NCBI GenBank assembly: GCA_963764715.1
Contig: CAVXTP010000009.1
Location: 1 to 64,000 of the forward strand
Direction of reading: 5' to 3'
DNA: 64,000 nt
From: an uncultured Acidobacteriota bacterium
GTDB lineage: Bacteria; Acidobacteriota; Thermoanaerobaculia; UBA5066; Gp7-AA6
Part shown: piece after piece, positions 45,853 to 56,040 of the stretch
How the letters are laid out: every line of letters begins with the position of its first letter
Position numbering within the stretch: the first letter of the stretch is position 1
Notes under the pieces: model-generated
Databases searched by the model: none
What the model was told of the DNA's origin: nothing
What the model saw: the letters and a program-made list of their open reading frames with translations, nothing else
Translations under genes and position numbers: made by a program

Positions 45853-47688
45853 CTACAGGACAGTCTCCCGGAGGACTTCTTCGAGCGTCGTCGCGCCTTC
45901 CCGGATCTTCTGGAGGCCGGACATCCGGAGGCTGACCATGCCCTCCTCGATGGCCTTGCGCTTGAGCTCGATCGAGGAGGCGCCGGACAGGATCATGTCC
46001 CGGATCTCGTCGCTGAAGAGGAGCACCTCGAAGAGCCCGACCCGGCCCTTGTAGCCGGTGTTGTTGCACCGCTCGCAGCCGCGGCCCCTCTTGATGCGGA
46101 GGCTCTTGACCTCGTCCGGGGCGAAGCCCACCTGGATGAGCGTCTGGGGCGGTGTCTCGAGGTCCTCCGGGCAGTGGGCGCAGATGCGGCGCACGAGGCG
46201 CTGGGCGGCGATGCAGTTGACCGACGTCGCGACGAGGAACGGCTCGATGCCCATGTTCATGAGGCGGTTGATCGTCGAGGGCGCGTCGTTGGTGTGGAGC
46301 GTCGAGAGCACGAGGTGGCCCGTCAGCGCGGCCTTGACCGCGATTTCCGCCGTCTCGAAGTCGCGGATCTCGCCCACGAGGATGATGTCGGGGTCCTGCC
46401 GCAGGAACGAGCGCAGCGAGGAGGCGAACGTCAGCCCGATCTGCTCCTTCATCTGGACCTGGTTGATGCCCGCGAGGTTGAACTCGATCGGGTCCTCGGC
46501 GGTCATGATGTTGACCGTCGGGTCGTTCAGCGCGGCGATGGCGGAGTAGAGCGTGTTCGTCTTGCCCGAGCCCGTCGGCCCCGTGACGAGGACGATGCCG
46601 TAGGGACGATCGATCGCGTCCTTGAAGCGCCGCAGCGGCTCCTGGTCGAAGCCGAGCTGCGTCATGTCGAGCTGCAGCTTCGACTTGTCGAGCAGCCGCA
46701 TGACGACCTTCTCGCCGAAGTGCGTGGGGACCGAGGACACGCGCAGGTCGAGGTCCCGCGAGCGCTCCTCGACGCGCAGCCGGATCTTGATCCGGCCGTC
46801 CTGCGGCAGGCGCTTCTCCGAGATGTCGAGCTTGGCCATGATCTTGAGGCGCGAGATGAGCGGGTCGCGGGTGCGCATCGGTAAGGCCATGATGTTGTGG
46901 AGAATGCCGTCGATGCGGAACCGGACGCGGAACTCCTTCTCGTAGGGCTCGACGTGGATGTCCGAGGCGCCGGCCTTCAGGGCCTCGATCAGGATCAGGT
47001 TGGAGACCTTGATGATCGGCGCGGACTCCGAGGACTTGGCGAGGTCGGACAGATCGATCTCCTGGCCCTCCTCGCCCTTCACGACGTCGACGTCGGCGCC
47101 GGTGTCGAGGCCCGTGATCTCGTCCATGTTGATCTCGCCGAGACCGACGCTCGCCATGTCGTCCATCGTGAGCGCGGAGGACGCCATGACGTCTTCGAGG
47201 CTCGACTCGGCGGTGAAGCCCGGGCCGGTTTGCTTGGTGCGTTCCTTGAGGACGACCGACCGGGGCGTTCCGTAGTGCTTGTCGATCGCCTTGCGCAGCG
47301 CGATCTCGGAGGCCACGACCGGCTCGACGTTGTACCCCGTCATGAACTTGATGTCGTCCATGGCGAAGACGTTGGTCGGGTCGCCCATGGCGATCGTCAG
47401 CGTCGCACCGGTCTTGTTCACCGGCAGCACACCGTACTTGCGGGCGACCTCGCCCGGGACGACCTTGATCACGCCCGGGTCGATCTCGAAGTGGGCGAGG
47501 TCGATCGAGGGCACGCCGAACTGCTGGGACAGGGTCTCGGTGATGTCGCCTTCCGAGACGGCGCCGACGCGGACGAGGGCCTCTCCGATCTTGCCGCCCT
47601 CCTCGCGCTGGAGCTTCAAAGCGGTCTCCAGCTGCTCCTGCGTGATGAGCTTCTGCTTGAGGAGGAGATCTCCGAGTTTTACGGCCAT
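45853..47688 (-). CDS. pilB: Type IV pilus assembly ATPase
   Basis: MshEN-like KLGDLL, PQDGRI, GPTGSGKT, LRQDPD, CxxC pairs. Confidence 0.96.
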   Translation of the reverse strand: MAVKLGDLLLKQKLITQEQLETALKLQREEGGKIGEALVRVGAVSEGDITETLSQQFGVPSIDLAHFEIDPGVIKVVPGEVARKYGVLPVNKTGATLTIAMGDPTNVFAMDDIKFMTGYNVEPVVASEIALRKAIDKHYGTPRSVVLKERTKQTGPGFTAESSLEDVMASSALTMDDMASVGLGEINMDEITGLDTGADVDVVKGEEGQEIDLSDLAKSSESAPIIKVSNLILIEALKAGASDIHVEPYEKEFRVRFRIDGILHNIMALPMRTRDPLISRLKIMAKLDISEKRLPQDGRIKIRLRVEERSRDLDLRVSSVPTHFGEKVVMRLLDKSKLQLDMTQLGFDQEPLRRFKDAIDRPYGIVLVTGPTGSGKTNTLYSAIAALNDPTVNIMTAEDPIEFNLAGINQVQMKEQIGLTFASSLRSFLRQDPDIILVGEIRDFETAEIAVKAALTGHLVLSTLHTNDAPSTINRLMNMGIEPFLVATSVNCIAAQRLVRRICAHCPEDLETPPQTLIQVGFAPDEVKSLRIKRGRGCERCNNTGYKGRVGLFEVLLFSDEIRDMILSGASSIELKRKAIEEGMVSLRMSGLQKIREGATTLEEVLRETVL

Positions 47689-47725
47689 GGGTGCCGGACG
47701 ATGGTAGGGGTTTGGGGGGAAAGTG

Positions 47726-48718
47726 TCAAAGGGCGTCGCGCGTGTGTGACGTGGATCGCGCCGCCGCGAGCTCCAGCGCCCGCGCGAGCACCACGTCGTC
47801 GCCGACGTCGTGCATCCGCGTGACGACGCCCCGCCGGTCGCGGTACGGTCCGTTGCGCGCCGGCTCGGTCGGGCCGAAGAGCGCGAGCGTCGCGGCTCCC
47901 GCCGCGTCGGCGAGATGGAGCGGCCCCGTGTCGCCGGCGCAGAAGAGCGCGCCGGCGCGCGCCAGGGCGGCGAGCCCCGGAAAGTCGAGGAGCGGCGCGA
48001 CGGAGGCCTCCGGCACGAGCGCGCGCATCCGGGCGACGCGGGTCTCGTCGCCCGGTCCCCACGACACCACCGGATGCAGCCCGGCCTGGCGGGCGAGGCC
48101 GCGGGCGAGCCGGGCGAACCGCTCCTCGCCCCAGGCTTTCGCTGGCCGCGCGGCGCCGGGGTGCACGACGGCGAACGGCCGCGGCAGTCCCGCGAGGAAG
48201 TCGCGGGCCTCGGCGTTCACGCGCTCGAGGAGGTAGCGCGCGTCGGGCGCGCGCACGGCGATCGGAATTCCCGCGCCCTCGAGGAGCGACAGGTTCCGGT
48301 CGACGACGTGCTTCGCCTCCGCCGCCGGCGCGACGCGGATCGACGCGAGGATCGCCGACGCGCCTTCGCGCCGGGCCGCCGCGGAGAAGCCGACGACCGG
48401 CGAGCCGGCCGCGCGGGCCGCAAGCGCCGACTTCCAGAGGCCCTGCACGTCGACCGTGACGTCGGGCCGGAACGCGCGGAGGCGCCGGCGCAGCTCGCCG
48501 ATCGCCTCCCACGTCGAGCGCGCGAGGGGCCGCCGGCGCCAGCGCTTTGTGTCCGCCGTGAAGATCTCGTCGCAGTGGGGATTGCCCTCGAGGACGCCCG
48601 CGAAGGCGGGCTCGACGAGCCAGCCGACCTCCGCGCGCGCGGCGTCGGCGTTTTCGGCCAGCGGAAGCGCGTGGATCACGTCTCCCAGGGACGAGAGACG
48701 GACGATCAGGACGCGCAC
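47726..48718 (-). CDS. waaC: LPS heptosyltransferase I (GT9)
   Basis: IVRLSSLGDVIH, DVQGLWKS, DTGPLHLA. Confidence 0.85.
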   Translation of the reverse strand: MRVLIVRLSSLGDVIHALPLAENADAARAEVGWLVEPAFAGVLEGNPHCDEIFTADTKRWRRRPLARSTWEAIGELRRRLRAFRPDVTVDVQGLWKSALAARAAGSPVVGFSAAARREGASAILASIRVAPAAEAKHVVDRNLSLLEGAGIPIAVRAPDARYLLERVNAEARDFLAGLPRPFAVVHPGAARPAKAWGEERFARLARGLARQAGLHPVVSWGPGDETRVARMRALVPEASVAPLLDFPGLAALARAGALFCAGDTGPLHLADAAGAATLALFGPTEPARNGPYRDRRGVVTRMHDVGDDVVLARALELAAARSTSHTRDAL

Positions 48719-48728
48719 GCCCTCACGT

Positions 48729-49745
48729 TCACGCGAGCAGCGTCCGGTCGGCCTCGACCGCGGCCGACAGCTCGTCGGGGGTCACGACGGCCGTTCCCAT
48801 CTTCATGACGACGACGCTGCCCGCGAAGTTCGCCAGCAGCGCCGCTTCGAGCGGCGTCGCGCCGGCGGCGAGCGCGAGGGCGAGCGTGGCGAGGACCGTG
48901 TCGCCGGCGCCCGTGACGTCGGCGACCTGGTCGGTGCCGTGGACCGGGATGAGGACCGGCGCGCCCTCCGCGAAGAGCGCCATGCCCCGCGAGCCGCGGG
49001 TCACGAAGAGGCTGGCGCAGCGCATCTTCGAGCGCAGCGCGGAGCCGGCGGCCTCGAGCGCCGCGTCGGATTCGAGCGGGCCGCCCGCGCACTCCTCGAG
49101 CTCCTCCTCGTTGGGCGTCGCCGCGTCGACTCCCGAGAACTGCGGAAGGCGGTGGCGGGAGTCGACGCTGATGCGCGCGCCCGCGGGGAGCGCCGCGCGG
49201 AGCGGCCCGACGGAGGCGGGCGAGATCGCGCCGTAGCCGTAGTCCGAGAGCACGGCGCCGTCGGCACCGCGGGCGGCGGCCTGGAGCCGCCCGGCCATCG
49301 CCGCCGAGAGCGCGGCATCCGCCGCGAGCGGCTCCTCGATGTCGTAGCGCACGATTTGCTGCTTGATCGCGTGCGGGGCGCCGCCGAGGATCCGCGTCTT
49401 CGTCGGGGTCCGGTAGCCCGGGACCTCGACGAGGCCGTCGGCCGCGATGCCGCGCTCCTCGAAGGCGGCGCGGAGGGAGCGTCCCTCGGCGTCCGCGCCC
49501 GCGACTCCGACGCAGAGCGGGACGCCGCCGAGGGCGCGCACGTTGGCGGCGGTATTCCCCGCGCCCCCCGGGAGCCGCTCTTCCTTCCAGAAGCGCAGGA
49601 TGAGGACCGGCGCCTCGCGGCTGACGCGCTTGGGGTGCCCGTAGACGAAGCGGTCGAGCACGAAGTCGCCGGCCACGACGATCCGGCGGCCGGCGAGGCT
49701 CGGGACGAGCGCCAGCAGGCGGCGCCGCGCGACTTCGAAGGGCAC
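48729..49745 (-). CDS. hldA: D-glycero-beta-D-manno-heptose-7-phosphate kinase (RfaE domain I)
   Basis: RVSREAPV, PGGAGN, LSDYG, DVTGAGD. Confidence 0.9.
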   Translation of the reverse strand: MPFEVARRRLLALVPSLAGRRIVVAGDFVLDRFVYGHPKRVSREAPVLILRFWKEERLPGGAGNTAANVRALGGVPLCVGVAGADAEGRSLRAAFEERGIAADGLVEVPGYRTPTKTRILGGAPHAIKQQIVRYDIEEPLAADAALSAAMAGRLQAAARGADGAVLSDYGYGAISPASVGPLRAALPAGARISVDSRHRLPQFSGVDAATPNEEELEECAGGPLESDAALEAAGSALRSKMRCASLFVTRGSRGMALFAEGAPVLIPVHGTDQVADVTGAGDTVLATLALALAAGATPLEAALLANFAGSVVVMKMGTAVVTPDELSAAVEADRTLLA

Positions 49746-49753
49746 GTGTGCGG

Positions 49754-49761
49754 ATTATAAT
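49754..49761. promoter_or_regulatory. Bidirectional sigma70 -10 element
   Basis: Palindromic ATTATAAT between the divergent hldA and HNH genes. Confidence 0.65.
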
Positions 49762-49781
49762 GAGCCGCCCGAAAGGCGCCG

Positions 49782-50363
49782 ATGCTCGACTCCCAGGTCC
49801 TCGTGCTCAACCGCGTGTTCCAGGCCGTGCAGGTCACGTCCGTGCGCAAGGCCTTTTCGCTCTTCTACAAGGGGCACGTGAAGGCGGTCCTGCCCGATTA
49901 CTCGACCTACGAGTTCGAGAACTGGTGCGACATCCCCGTGCGGCCCCAGGACGAGGTCGTGCTGACGCCCTCGATGGCGATCCGCATCCCGCGGGTCGTG
50001 GCCCTCAAGGATTTCGACCGGCTGCCCCGGCAGGACGTCAAGTTCTCCCGCCACAACATCTATCTGCGGGACGGAAACCGCTGCCAGTACTGCGGCCACC
50101 GGTTCTCCTCTTCCGAGCTGTCGCTCGACCACGTCGTCCCGCTCTCGCGCGGCGGAAGCTCGACCTGGGAGAACGTTGTCTGCGCGTGCCTGTCCTGCAA
50201 CGTCAAGAAGGGCAACCGGACGCCGCACGAGGCGAACATGCGCCTGGTCGCCGCGCCGAAGAAGCCCCGCTGGCACCCGGTCGGGCAGTTCGGCTCGAGC
50301 AAGCTCCATCCCTCGTGGCGCAACTTCGTCGACGTCGCCTACTGGAACACCGAGCTGAAGTAG
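49782..50363 (+). CDS. HNH endonuclease (McrA-like)
   Basis: RDGNRCQYCG..DHVVPLSRGG..NVVCACLSCNVKKG. Confidence 0.93.
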   Translation: MLDSQVLVLNRVFQAVQVTSVRKAFSLFYKGHVKAVLPDYSTYEFENWCDIPVRPQDEVVLTPSMAIRIPRVVALKDFDRLPRQDVKFSRHNIYLRDGNRCQYCGHRFSSSELSLDHVVPLSRGGSSTWENVVCACLSCNVKKGNRTPHEANMRLVAAPKKPRWHPVGQFGSSKLHPSWRNFVDVAYWNTELK

Positions 50364-50368
50364 CCTTC

Positions 50369-50432
50369 GCTTACTCCTTACTCCTTACATCCTTACTCCT
50401 TACTGCTTACCGCTTACTGCTCACTGCTCACC
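50369..50432. repeat. Heptamer (CTTACTG/C)n short tandem repeat
   Basis: About nine imperfect units between convergent genes. Confidence 0.85.
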
Positions 50433-51424
50433 GACCCCAGCTCCCGCCCCAGTAGCTCCTCGACCGCCTTCACCGCCGTCTCGACCGTCAGCTCCTCCAT
50501 GCACTCGTGCCCGTACGGGCAGACTTCGAGGTGGCAGGGGGAGCAGAAGACGTAGCGGTCGACGACCCGGACGGAGCCGCCGACGGCCGCGGTCCGGCCC
50601 GGGTCCGTCGGACCGAAGAAGACGACGACCGGCGTTCCGACCGCCGCCGCGAGGTGGGCCGGCCCCGAGTCGTTGGCGACGAGCAGGCGCGCCCGCGACA
50701 GCAGCGCCGCCAGCCCCGCGGGATCGAGGCTCGGCCCGAGAACGGGCAGCGGAGCGCGCCCCGCCGACGACACGCGCGCGCCGAGGTCCTCTTCGCCGGG
50801 ACCGGCGAGGATCCCCGCGGGCAGGCCGCGCAGGGCGAGCGCGTCGGCCAGCGCGGCGAAGCGCTCCGGCGGCCAGCGCTTGATGCTCGCCGTCGCGCTT
50901 CCCGGCGAGAAGAGCACGGGCCGCGTGCCGGCGGTCCAGCCCGCCGCCGCCAGGGCGCGGTCCGCACCGGAAAGCGACTCGGACGAGACCGGCAGCCGCG
51001 GCGGATCGAGGTCCGGCGCGATCCCGCGCGCCTCGAGCAACGCGTCGTAGTCGCGGAGCTGGTGGCGCGTCCCGTCGGGCGGGGGGAGCGAAAACGTCAG
51101 GAGGGGCCCGCGGTGGTCGGTCGCGTATCCGATGCGGTTCCGGGCGCCGCCGAGCCACGCGACGAGCGCGGCGCGAAACGAGTTGGGGAGGAGCCAGGCC
51201 TCGTCGAACCGGTGGGCGCGCAGCCGCGCCGCGTCCGTGAGCAGGCTCCCCGAGCGGACGATCACGGAGTCGGCGGACCCTGCGGCCCGGTAGATCCCCG
51301 CCGGCCCCTTCGGCGCGATGACCGCGAGCCCGTCGCCCGGGTACGCCGCCCGCAACGCGCGCAGGAACGGCAGCGACATCACCGCGTCGCCCAGCCAGTT
51401 CGTCCCCACCACCAGTCGCTTCAC
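50414..51424 (-). CDS. waaF: LPS heptosyltransferase II (GT9)
   Basis: NWLGDAVMSLP, LPNSFR, NDSGPAHLA, CSPC..CPYGHECM. Confidence 0.88.
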   Translation of the reverse strand: MKRLVVGTNWLGDAVMSLPFLRALRAAYPGDGLAVIAPKGPAGIYRAAGSADSVIVRSGSLLTDAARLRAHRFDEAWLLPNSFRAALVAWLGGARNRIGYATDHRGPLLTFSLPPPDGTRHQLRDYDALLEARGIAPDLDPPRLPVSSESLSGADRALAAAGWTAGTRPVLFSPGSATASIKRWPPERFAALADALALRGLPAGILAGPGEEDLGARVSSAGRAPLPVLGPSLDPAGLAALLSRARLLVANDSGPAHLAAAVGTPVVVFFGPTDPGRTAAVGGSVRVVDRYVFCSPCHLEVCPYGHECMEELTVETAVKAVEELLGRELGSVSSEQ

Positions 51425-52374
51425 GATCCGGCGCCCCCGCCTGCCTCCTGCTTCCTGCTTACTGCCGCCTGCTTCCACCGGCCTCGTCCTCCACCGGTTG
51501 TGCATCCACAGCCACGCCTCCGGCGCCCGCCGGACCGCGGCTTCCGTCACTTCCATGTAGCGCGCCGTCGCCCGCCGGACGGCCTCGGCCCGGGGAGGCC
51601 CTCGAACTCCCGGGCGAGGATCGGCGTCTCGAACTCGAGGCGGTAGCGCCCGCCGCCCTCGGGCCACGTGAAGACGGGCACGACCGCGGCGTCGGACTTC
51701 AGCTGGAGGAGGGCGAGCGCGGGCGTCGTCGCCGCCAGCCGGCCGAAGAACGGCACGAAGACCGCCTCCCGCGCGAGGACGTTCTGGTCCACCAGGATGG
51801 CCACGGTCTCGTTCTTCGCGAGCGCCCTCAGGATGTCCTTCGCCGCGTCGCGCTTGGCGATCAGGCGGTTTCCGAACCGCGTGCGCAGGCGCGCGAGCTC
51901 CCGCTCGAGCCTCGGGTTGTCGAGCGGCCGCACGACCGGCGCGATCGGCTCGCCCAGCAGGCCCGCGCGGATCGCGCCGAGCTCCCAGCTGCCGATGTGC
52001 GCCGAGAGGAGGAACACGCCCTTGCCGCGCGCCCGGGCCGCGCGGAGGTTGTCCTCGCCGGCGATCCGGATCCGCGTGCGGACGTCCTCCTCGGAGAGGC
52101 GCGCGACCTCGAGGAACTCGATGAAGGCCTCGCCGATCCACTCGGCCGACGCGCGCCCGATGCGCTCGATCTCCTCGGGGCTCTTTTCGGGATAGGCGGC
52201 GGCGAGGTTGTCGAAGAGGATGCGGCGGCGCGACGCCGAGCCGCGCAGGAAGAGGCGCGCGAGCCCGCGGCCGAGCCGCTGGGGTGTACGCCCCGGCAGG
52301 ACCGCGAGGAGCCCGGTCCCCGCGCGGAAGAGGACGTGCTCCGCGAGGTCGCGCGCCGAGGACCGCGCCTTCAC
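51425..52374 (-). CDS. lpxL: Lipid A biosynthesis acyltransferase (frameshift near 51590)
   Basis: SAHIGSWE, LVDQ, FVPFFG, WLWMHNRWR. Confidence 0.85.
51440..51476. repeat. Heptamer (CTGCCTC/CTGCTTC)n repeat
   Basis: Five imperfect units at the lpxL-waaF junction. Confidence 0.7.
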
Positions 52375-53406
52375 GACTTCGGCGCCAGGGCGGCCCGGGC
52401 GGCGGCGAGGCGCGCGGCCAGGAACGGGAAGAACCCGGGCTCCGCGATCTCGACCTGGAGCCGGACCGTCAGGAGCGGCAGGGGGACGCGGCCCGCGAGC
52501 TTGACGGCGTCCTTCTCGGTCGTCACGAGCCAGCTCGCGCCGGCGCGCTCGGCGGCCTTGCGGATCCGGACGAGGTGGCGCTCCCGATAGCGCTGGTGGT
52601 CGCGGAAGTCGAGCGTTTCCTCCGGGGCGAGCCCCATCTCGCGAAGCGTCGCCACGAACTGGGATCCGTCCGCGACGCCGCAAACCGCGATCGAGCGGCA
52701 GCCCCGAAACCGCCCCCGGCTCGACGGGCGAGCCCTTCTCGTCGCGCAGGCCCGCCCCGCGGAACCGGGCGTGGAAGATCGGGGCAGCGGGATGGATCCG
52801 CGCGACCGCGGCGAGAACGTCGGGCGGCGGGCCTCCGCGTTCCGAACGCGTGAAGACGATCGCGTCGGCGCGGCGCATCGCGTCGAGCGGCTCGCGCAGG
52901 CGCCCCCGCGGCGGCGTCCGGCCGCCCCCGAACGGATCGCGCGAGTCGAAGAGCAGCAGGTTGACGTCGCGCGCGACCGCGAGGTGCTGGAAGCCGTCGT
53001 CCAGGAGAAAGAGGTCCGCGCCGAGGTCCGCGGCGCGGCGCGCCGCCTCGACCCGCTTCTCGCCGACGACGACGATGACCCCCGCGGTCGCCTGCGCCAG
53101 CGCCACCGGTTCGTCGCCGCCCTCGGCCGCGCCGACGAGCGGGCCCTCGCCGGCCGACACGACGACGACGCCCCGCGACGTGCGGCCGTATCCGCGCGAG
53201 AGGATCGCCGGCCGCCAGCCCTCGAAGCGCAGCCGGCGCGCGAGGAGCTCGACGAGCGGCGTCTTGCCGGTGCCGCCGAACGTCAGGTTGCCCACGGAGA
53301 TCGAGGGCCGCGGCAGCGCGTGCGACACGATCTTCCCGGAGGCGTACCACCCGGCCCGCAGCTCCACGGCCTTGCCGTAGAGGAGGGAGAGCGGAGACAG
53401 GTTCAC
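52371..53406 (-). CDS. lpxK: Tetraacyldisaccharide 4'-kinase (frameshift near 52705)
   Basis: SVGNLTFGGTGKTP, SRGYG, GDEP, DDGFQH, TTEKDAVK. Confidence 0.92.
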
Positions 53407-54677
53407 GGGCGTGATCCTCGCGCGGCGGCCGCGGCCGGCGCAAGGGCGGCGAGCGCGTCCGCGGTCGTGGCGGCCGCCCCGCGGTTCTCGCCGACGAACC
53501 GGGCGGCCTCGGCGCCGCGGCGCGCAGTCTCGTCCCGCCGCGCGAGGGCCGCGCCGATCTCCGGCGCGAGCTCCCCGGCGGCTGCGCGGCGAAGGATGCC
53601 GAGGGCCTCGCCGCGGGCGGCGGCTTCGCGGAAGTTCTCCATGTGGGGCCCGCAGAGGACCGGCACACCCGCGGCCCACGCCTCGATCGGGTTCTGCCCG
53701 CCGGTCGCGACGAGACTGCCGCCGACGAAGGCCACCGTGGCTTCCCGGTACGCCGACGCGAGCTCGCCGATCGAGTCCAGCAGATACACGTCCGGTGGAG
53801 AGCCGACGGCGGACGGCGGAGAGCTTCGCCTCAGAAGCCTCAAACCCCTCGACTCGACGAGCCGCGCGACCTCGTCGAAGCGTTCGGGACGGCGGGGCGC
53901 GAGGACGAGGAGCGGCCGCTCGGGCAGGCGGCTGCACGCATCGAGCAACATCGCTTCCTCGCCCTCGCCCGTCGAGCCCGCCGCGAGGACCGGCCGGCCG
54001 GCGGCGAGCTCCCGCAGGCGGGGGGCGTCGGGAAACGGCGGGGGAGGCGCGAGATCGTACTTGAGGTTCCCGAAGACCCGCACCTTCTCGCGCGGCGCGC
54101 CGAGCGCCTCGATCCGGCGGGCGTCCTCCTCCGACTGCATGGCGCACAGGGAGAGCCGCTCGAGCGTCTTCGAGAAGAAGCCGCGGACCAGCCGGTACCG
54201 CCGGAACGACCTCTCGGAGATCCGCCCGTTGACGAGAGCGACCGGGATCCCGCGCCGCGCGGCGCGATCGACGAAGAGGGGCCAGATCTCGGTCTCGGTC
54301 AGGACGACGAGGCCCGGCCGCGCGGCCGAGAGCGCCTTCTCGACGGGTCCGGCAAGATCGATGGGGAAGGCGAAGATCGAGGCCTCGCGGGAAAGCGTCC
54401 GGTCGGCGAGCGCCCGGCCGGCCTCGGTCGAGACGGACACCCCGAACCGCGCTCCGGGCATCCTCGCCGCGAGCTCGCGGAGGAGATTACGAGCGACGCC
54501 GATCTCCCCGACGGACACGGCGTGGATCCAGACGCCCCCGTCGAGGTCCGGCCAGGCGGAGAGCCCGAGGCGACCGCGCAGATCTCCGAGCCGGCGCCTC
54601 CCGGTCAGGGAGCGCAGGAAGGCCAGGGGGGCATAGGCGGTTAAAGCCAGAGCGGCGAGCGCCCGGTAAAGCAGCAA
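53403..54677 (-). CDS. waaA: Kdo transferase
   Basis: WIHAVSVGE, ETEIWP, GNLKYD, GGQNPIE. Confidence 0.95.
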   Translation of the reverse strand: MLLYRALAALALTAYAPLAFLRSLTGRRRLGDLRGRLGLSAWPDLDGGVWIHAVSVGEIGVARNLLRELAARMPGARFGVSVSTEAGRALADRTLSREASIFAFPIDLAGPVEKALSAARPGLVVLTETEIWPLFVDRAARRGIPVALVNGRISERSFRRYRLVRGFFSKTLERLSLCAMQSEEDARRIEALGAPREKVRVFGNLKYDLAPPPPFPDAPRLRELAAGRPVLAAGSTGEGEEAMLLDACSRLPERPLLVLAPRRPERFDEVARLVESRGLRLLRRSSPPSAVGSPPDVYLLDSIGELASAYREATVAFVGGSLVATGGQNPIEAWAAGVPVLCGPHMENFREAAARGEALGILRRAAAGELAPEIGAALARRDETARRGAEAARFVGENRGAAATTADALAALAPAAAAARGSRP

Positions 54678-54825
54678 GACGGCCGGATTATGGCGCAGGC
54701 CGCTGCGGTTCGGCTTGCCGGATCGTCGGCAAAGATTTAAGATTCAAGAGCTTAGGCAGCGGAAATCCGCCTCAACGGACGTCGGGCGGGCTCCGTATAC
54801 CGCGGCAGGAGGGGACCTTTCGGTC

Positions 54826-55452
54826 ATGGAGCTCGTGTACAGCCAGTCCCGGGATCGTCTGGAGGCCGTCGAGCTTCCGGACCGGGAGCTCGCCATCCGG
54901 GCCCGTGGCGGCGACATGGTTTCCTTCGAGACGCTCGTCACCCGCAAGACACCGGCCGTCGTCTCGCTCGCCCGGCGGATCGTCGGCAACGTCGAGGACG
55001 CCCGCGACGTCGCCCAGATGGTCTTCCTGCGAGTCTGGAACGAGCTGCACCGCTACGACGAGACGTACTCCCTGAACACCTGGCTGTACCGGATCGCGAC
55101 GAATCTCGCGATCGACTTCCTCCGCAGCTCCCGGAGCCGCGAGCGCGCCCACGGCGCGACGCTGCACCTCGTGCGCGCGCGGGAGGAGTCGACCGCTTCG
55201 GACGCGACGCGCAGCGCCGAGGACGCCGAGCTCGTCCGCCTCTTCGAGACGGTCTCGGACCGGCTCTCGGAAAAGCAGAAGGCGGCCTTCGTCCTCAAGG
55301 AAATGCAGGACTGCGAGACGCGCGAGATCGCCGAGATCCTCGGGTGCGGCGAGTCGACCGTCCGCAACCACCTCTTCAACGCCCGCCGGATCCTCCGCAA
55401 GGAGATCGGGCGGCTCTTCCCCGAGTTTCTGCGGGGGAGGCCGCTCGCATGA
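54826..55452 (+). CDS. ECF sigma factor
   Basis: DARDVAQMVF, TWLYRIATNLAID, EIAEILG..TVRNHLFNAR. Confidence 0.93.
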   Translation: MELVYSQSRDRLEAVELPDRELAIRARGGDMVSFETLVTRKTPAVVSLARRIVGNVEDARDVAQMVFLRVWNELHRYDETYSLNTWLYRIATNLAIDFLRSSRSRERAHGATLHLVRAREESTASDATRSAEDAELVRLFETVSDRLSEKQKAAFVLKEMQDCETREIAEILGCGESTVRNHLFNARRILRKEIGRLFPEFLRGRPLA

Positions 55453-55993
55453 GCGCCATCTGCCCGCTCGTCCGCTCGAGCTTCGCCGACTACGCGGCCG
55501 ACACGCTCCCGGCGCCGCAGCGCCGGATCCTCCGCGACCACCTCGCCGCCTGCCCGGAGTGCCGGGCCCTGGCGGCCGCCGGGGACGCGACGTTCCTCTT
55601 CGCCCGTCCGTTCCCGGCGGAGGAGCTGCCGGCCGAGGACGCCGCGCGATCCTCGGCAACGTGCGGACGGCCGTCGCCTTCGCGCAGACCGAGGCGCGGA
55701 TCCGCCGGACCACGCGCCGCCGGGCGACGCTCTCGAGCGCCGCCGCCGCCGCGGCTTTCGCCGCGCTGCTTCTCCTGGCCCCGGGCAGCGGAACGCGCCG
55801 GGCTCCGGCCGTCGCCGCCGTCGCGTCCGCGCGCCCCACGCCCCCGGCCGAATCTCCCGCCCTCGCCCCGGCCGCGCTGCCGGCCGAGGGGGATGGAATC
55901 TCCGCGGACGCCACCGTCTACGACTGGAATCCCGGCGCCGGCCGGGAGGAACCGCGGGTCGTCTGGATCGTGGATCGGGGGCTCGACATCTGA
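55449..55993 (+). CDS. Zinc-finger (zf-HC2) membrane anti-sigma factor (frameshift near 55650)
   Basis: HLAACPEC; one TM; ATGA overlap with the sigma gene. Confidence 0.82.
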
Positions 55994-56040
55994 CCCCGTT
56001 CCCGTGCGGGCCCGCCCGAGGGGCCCAGGTTTTCGTACAC

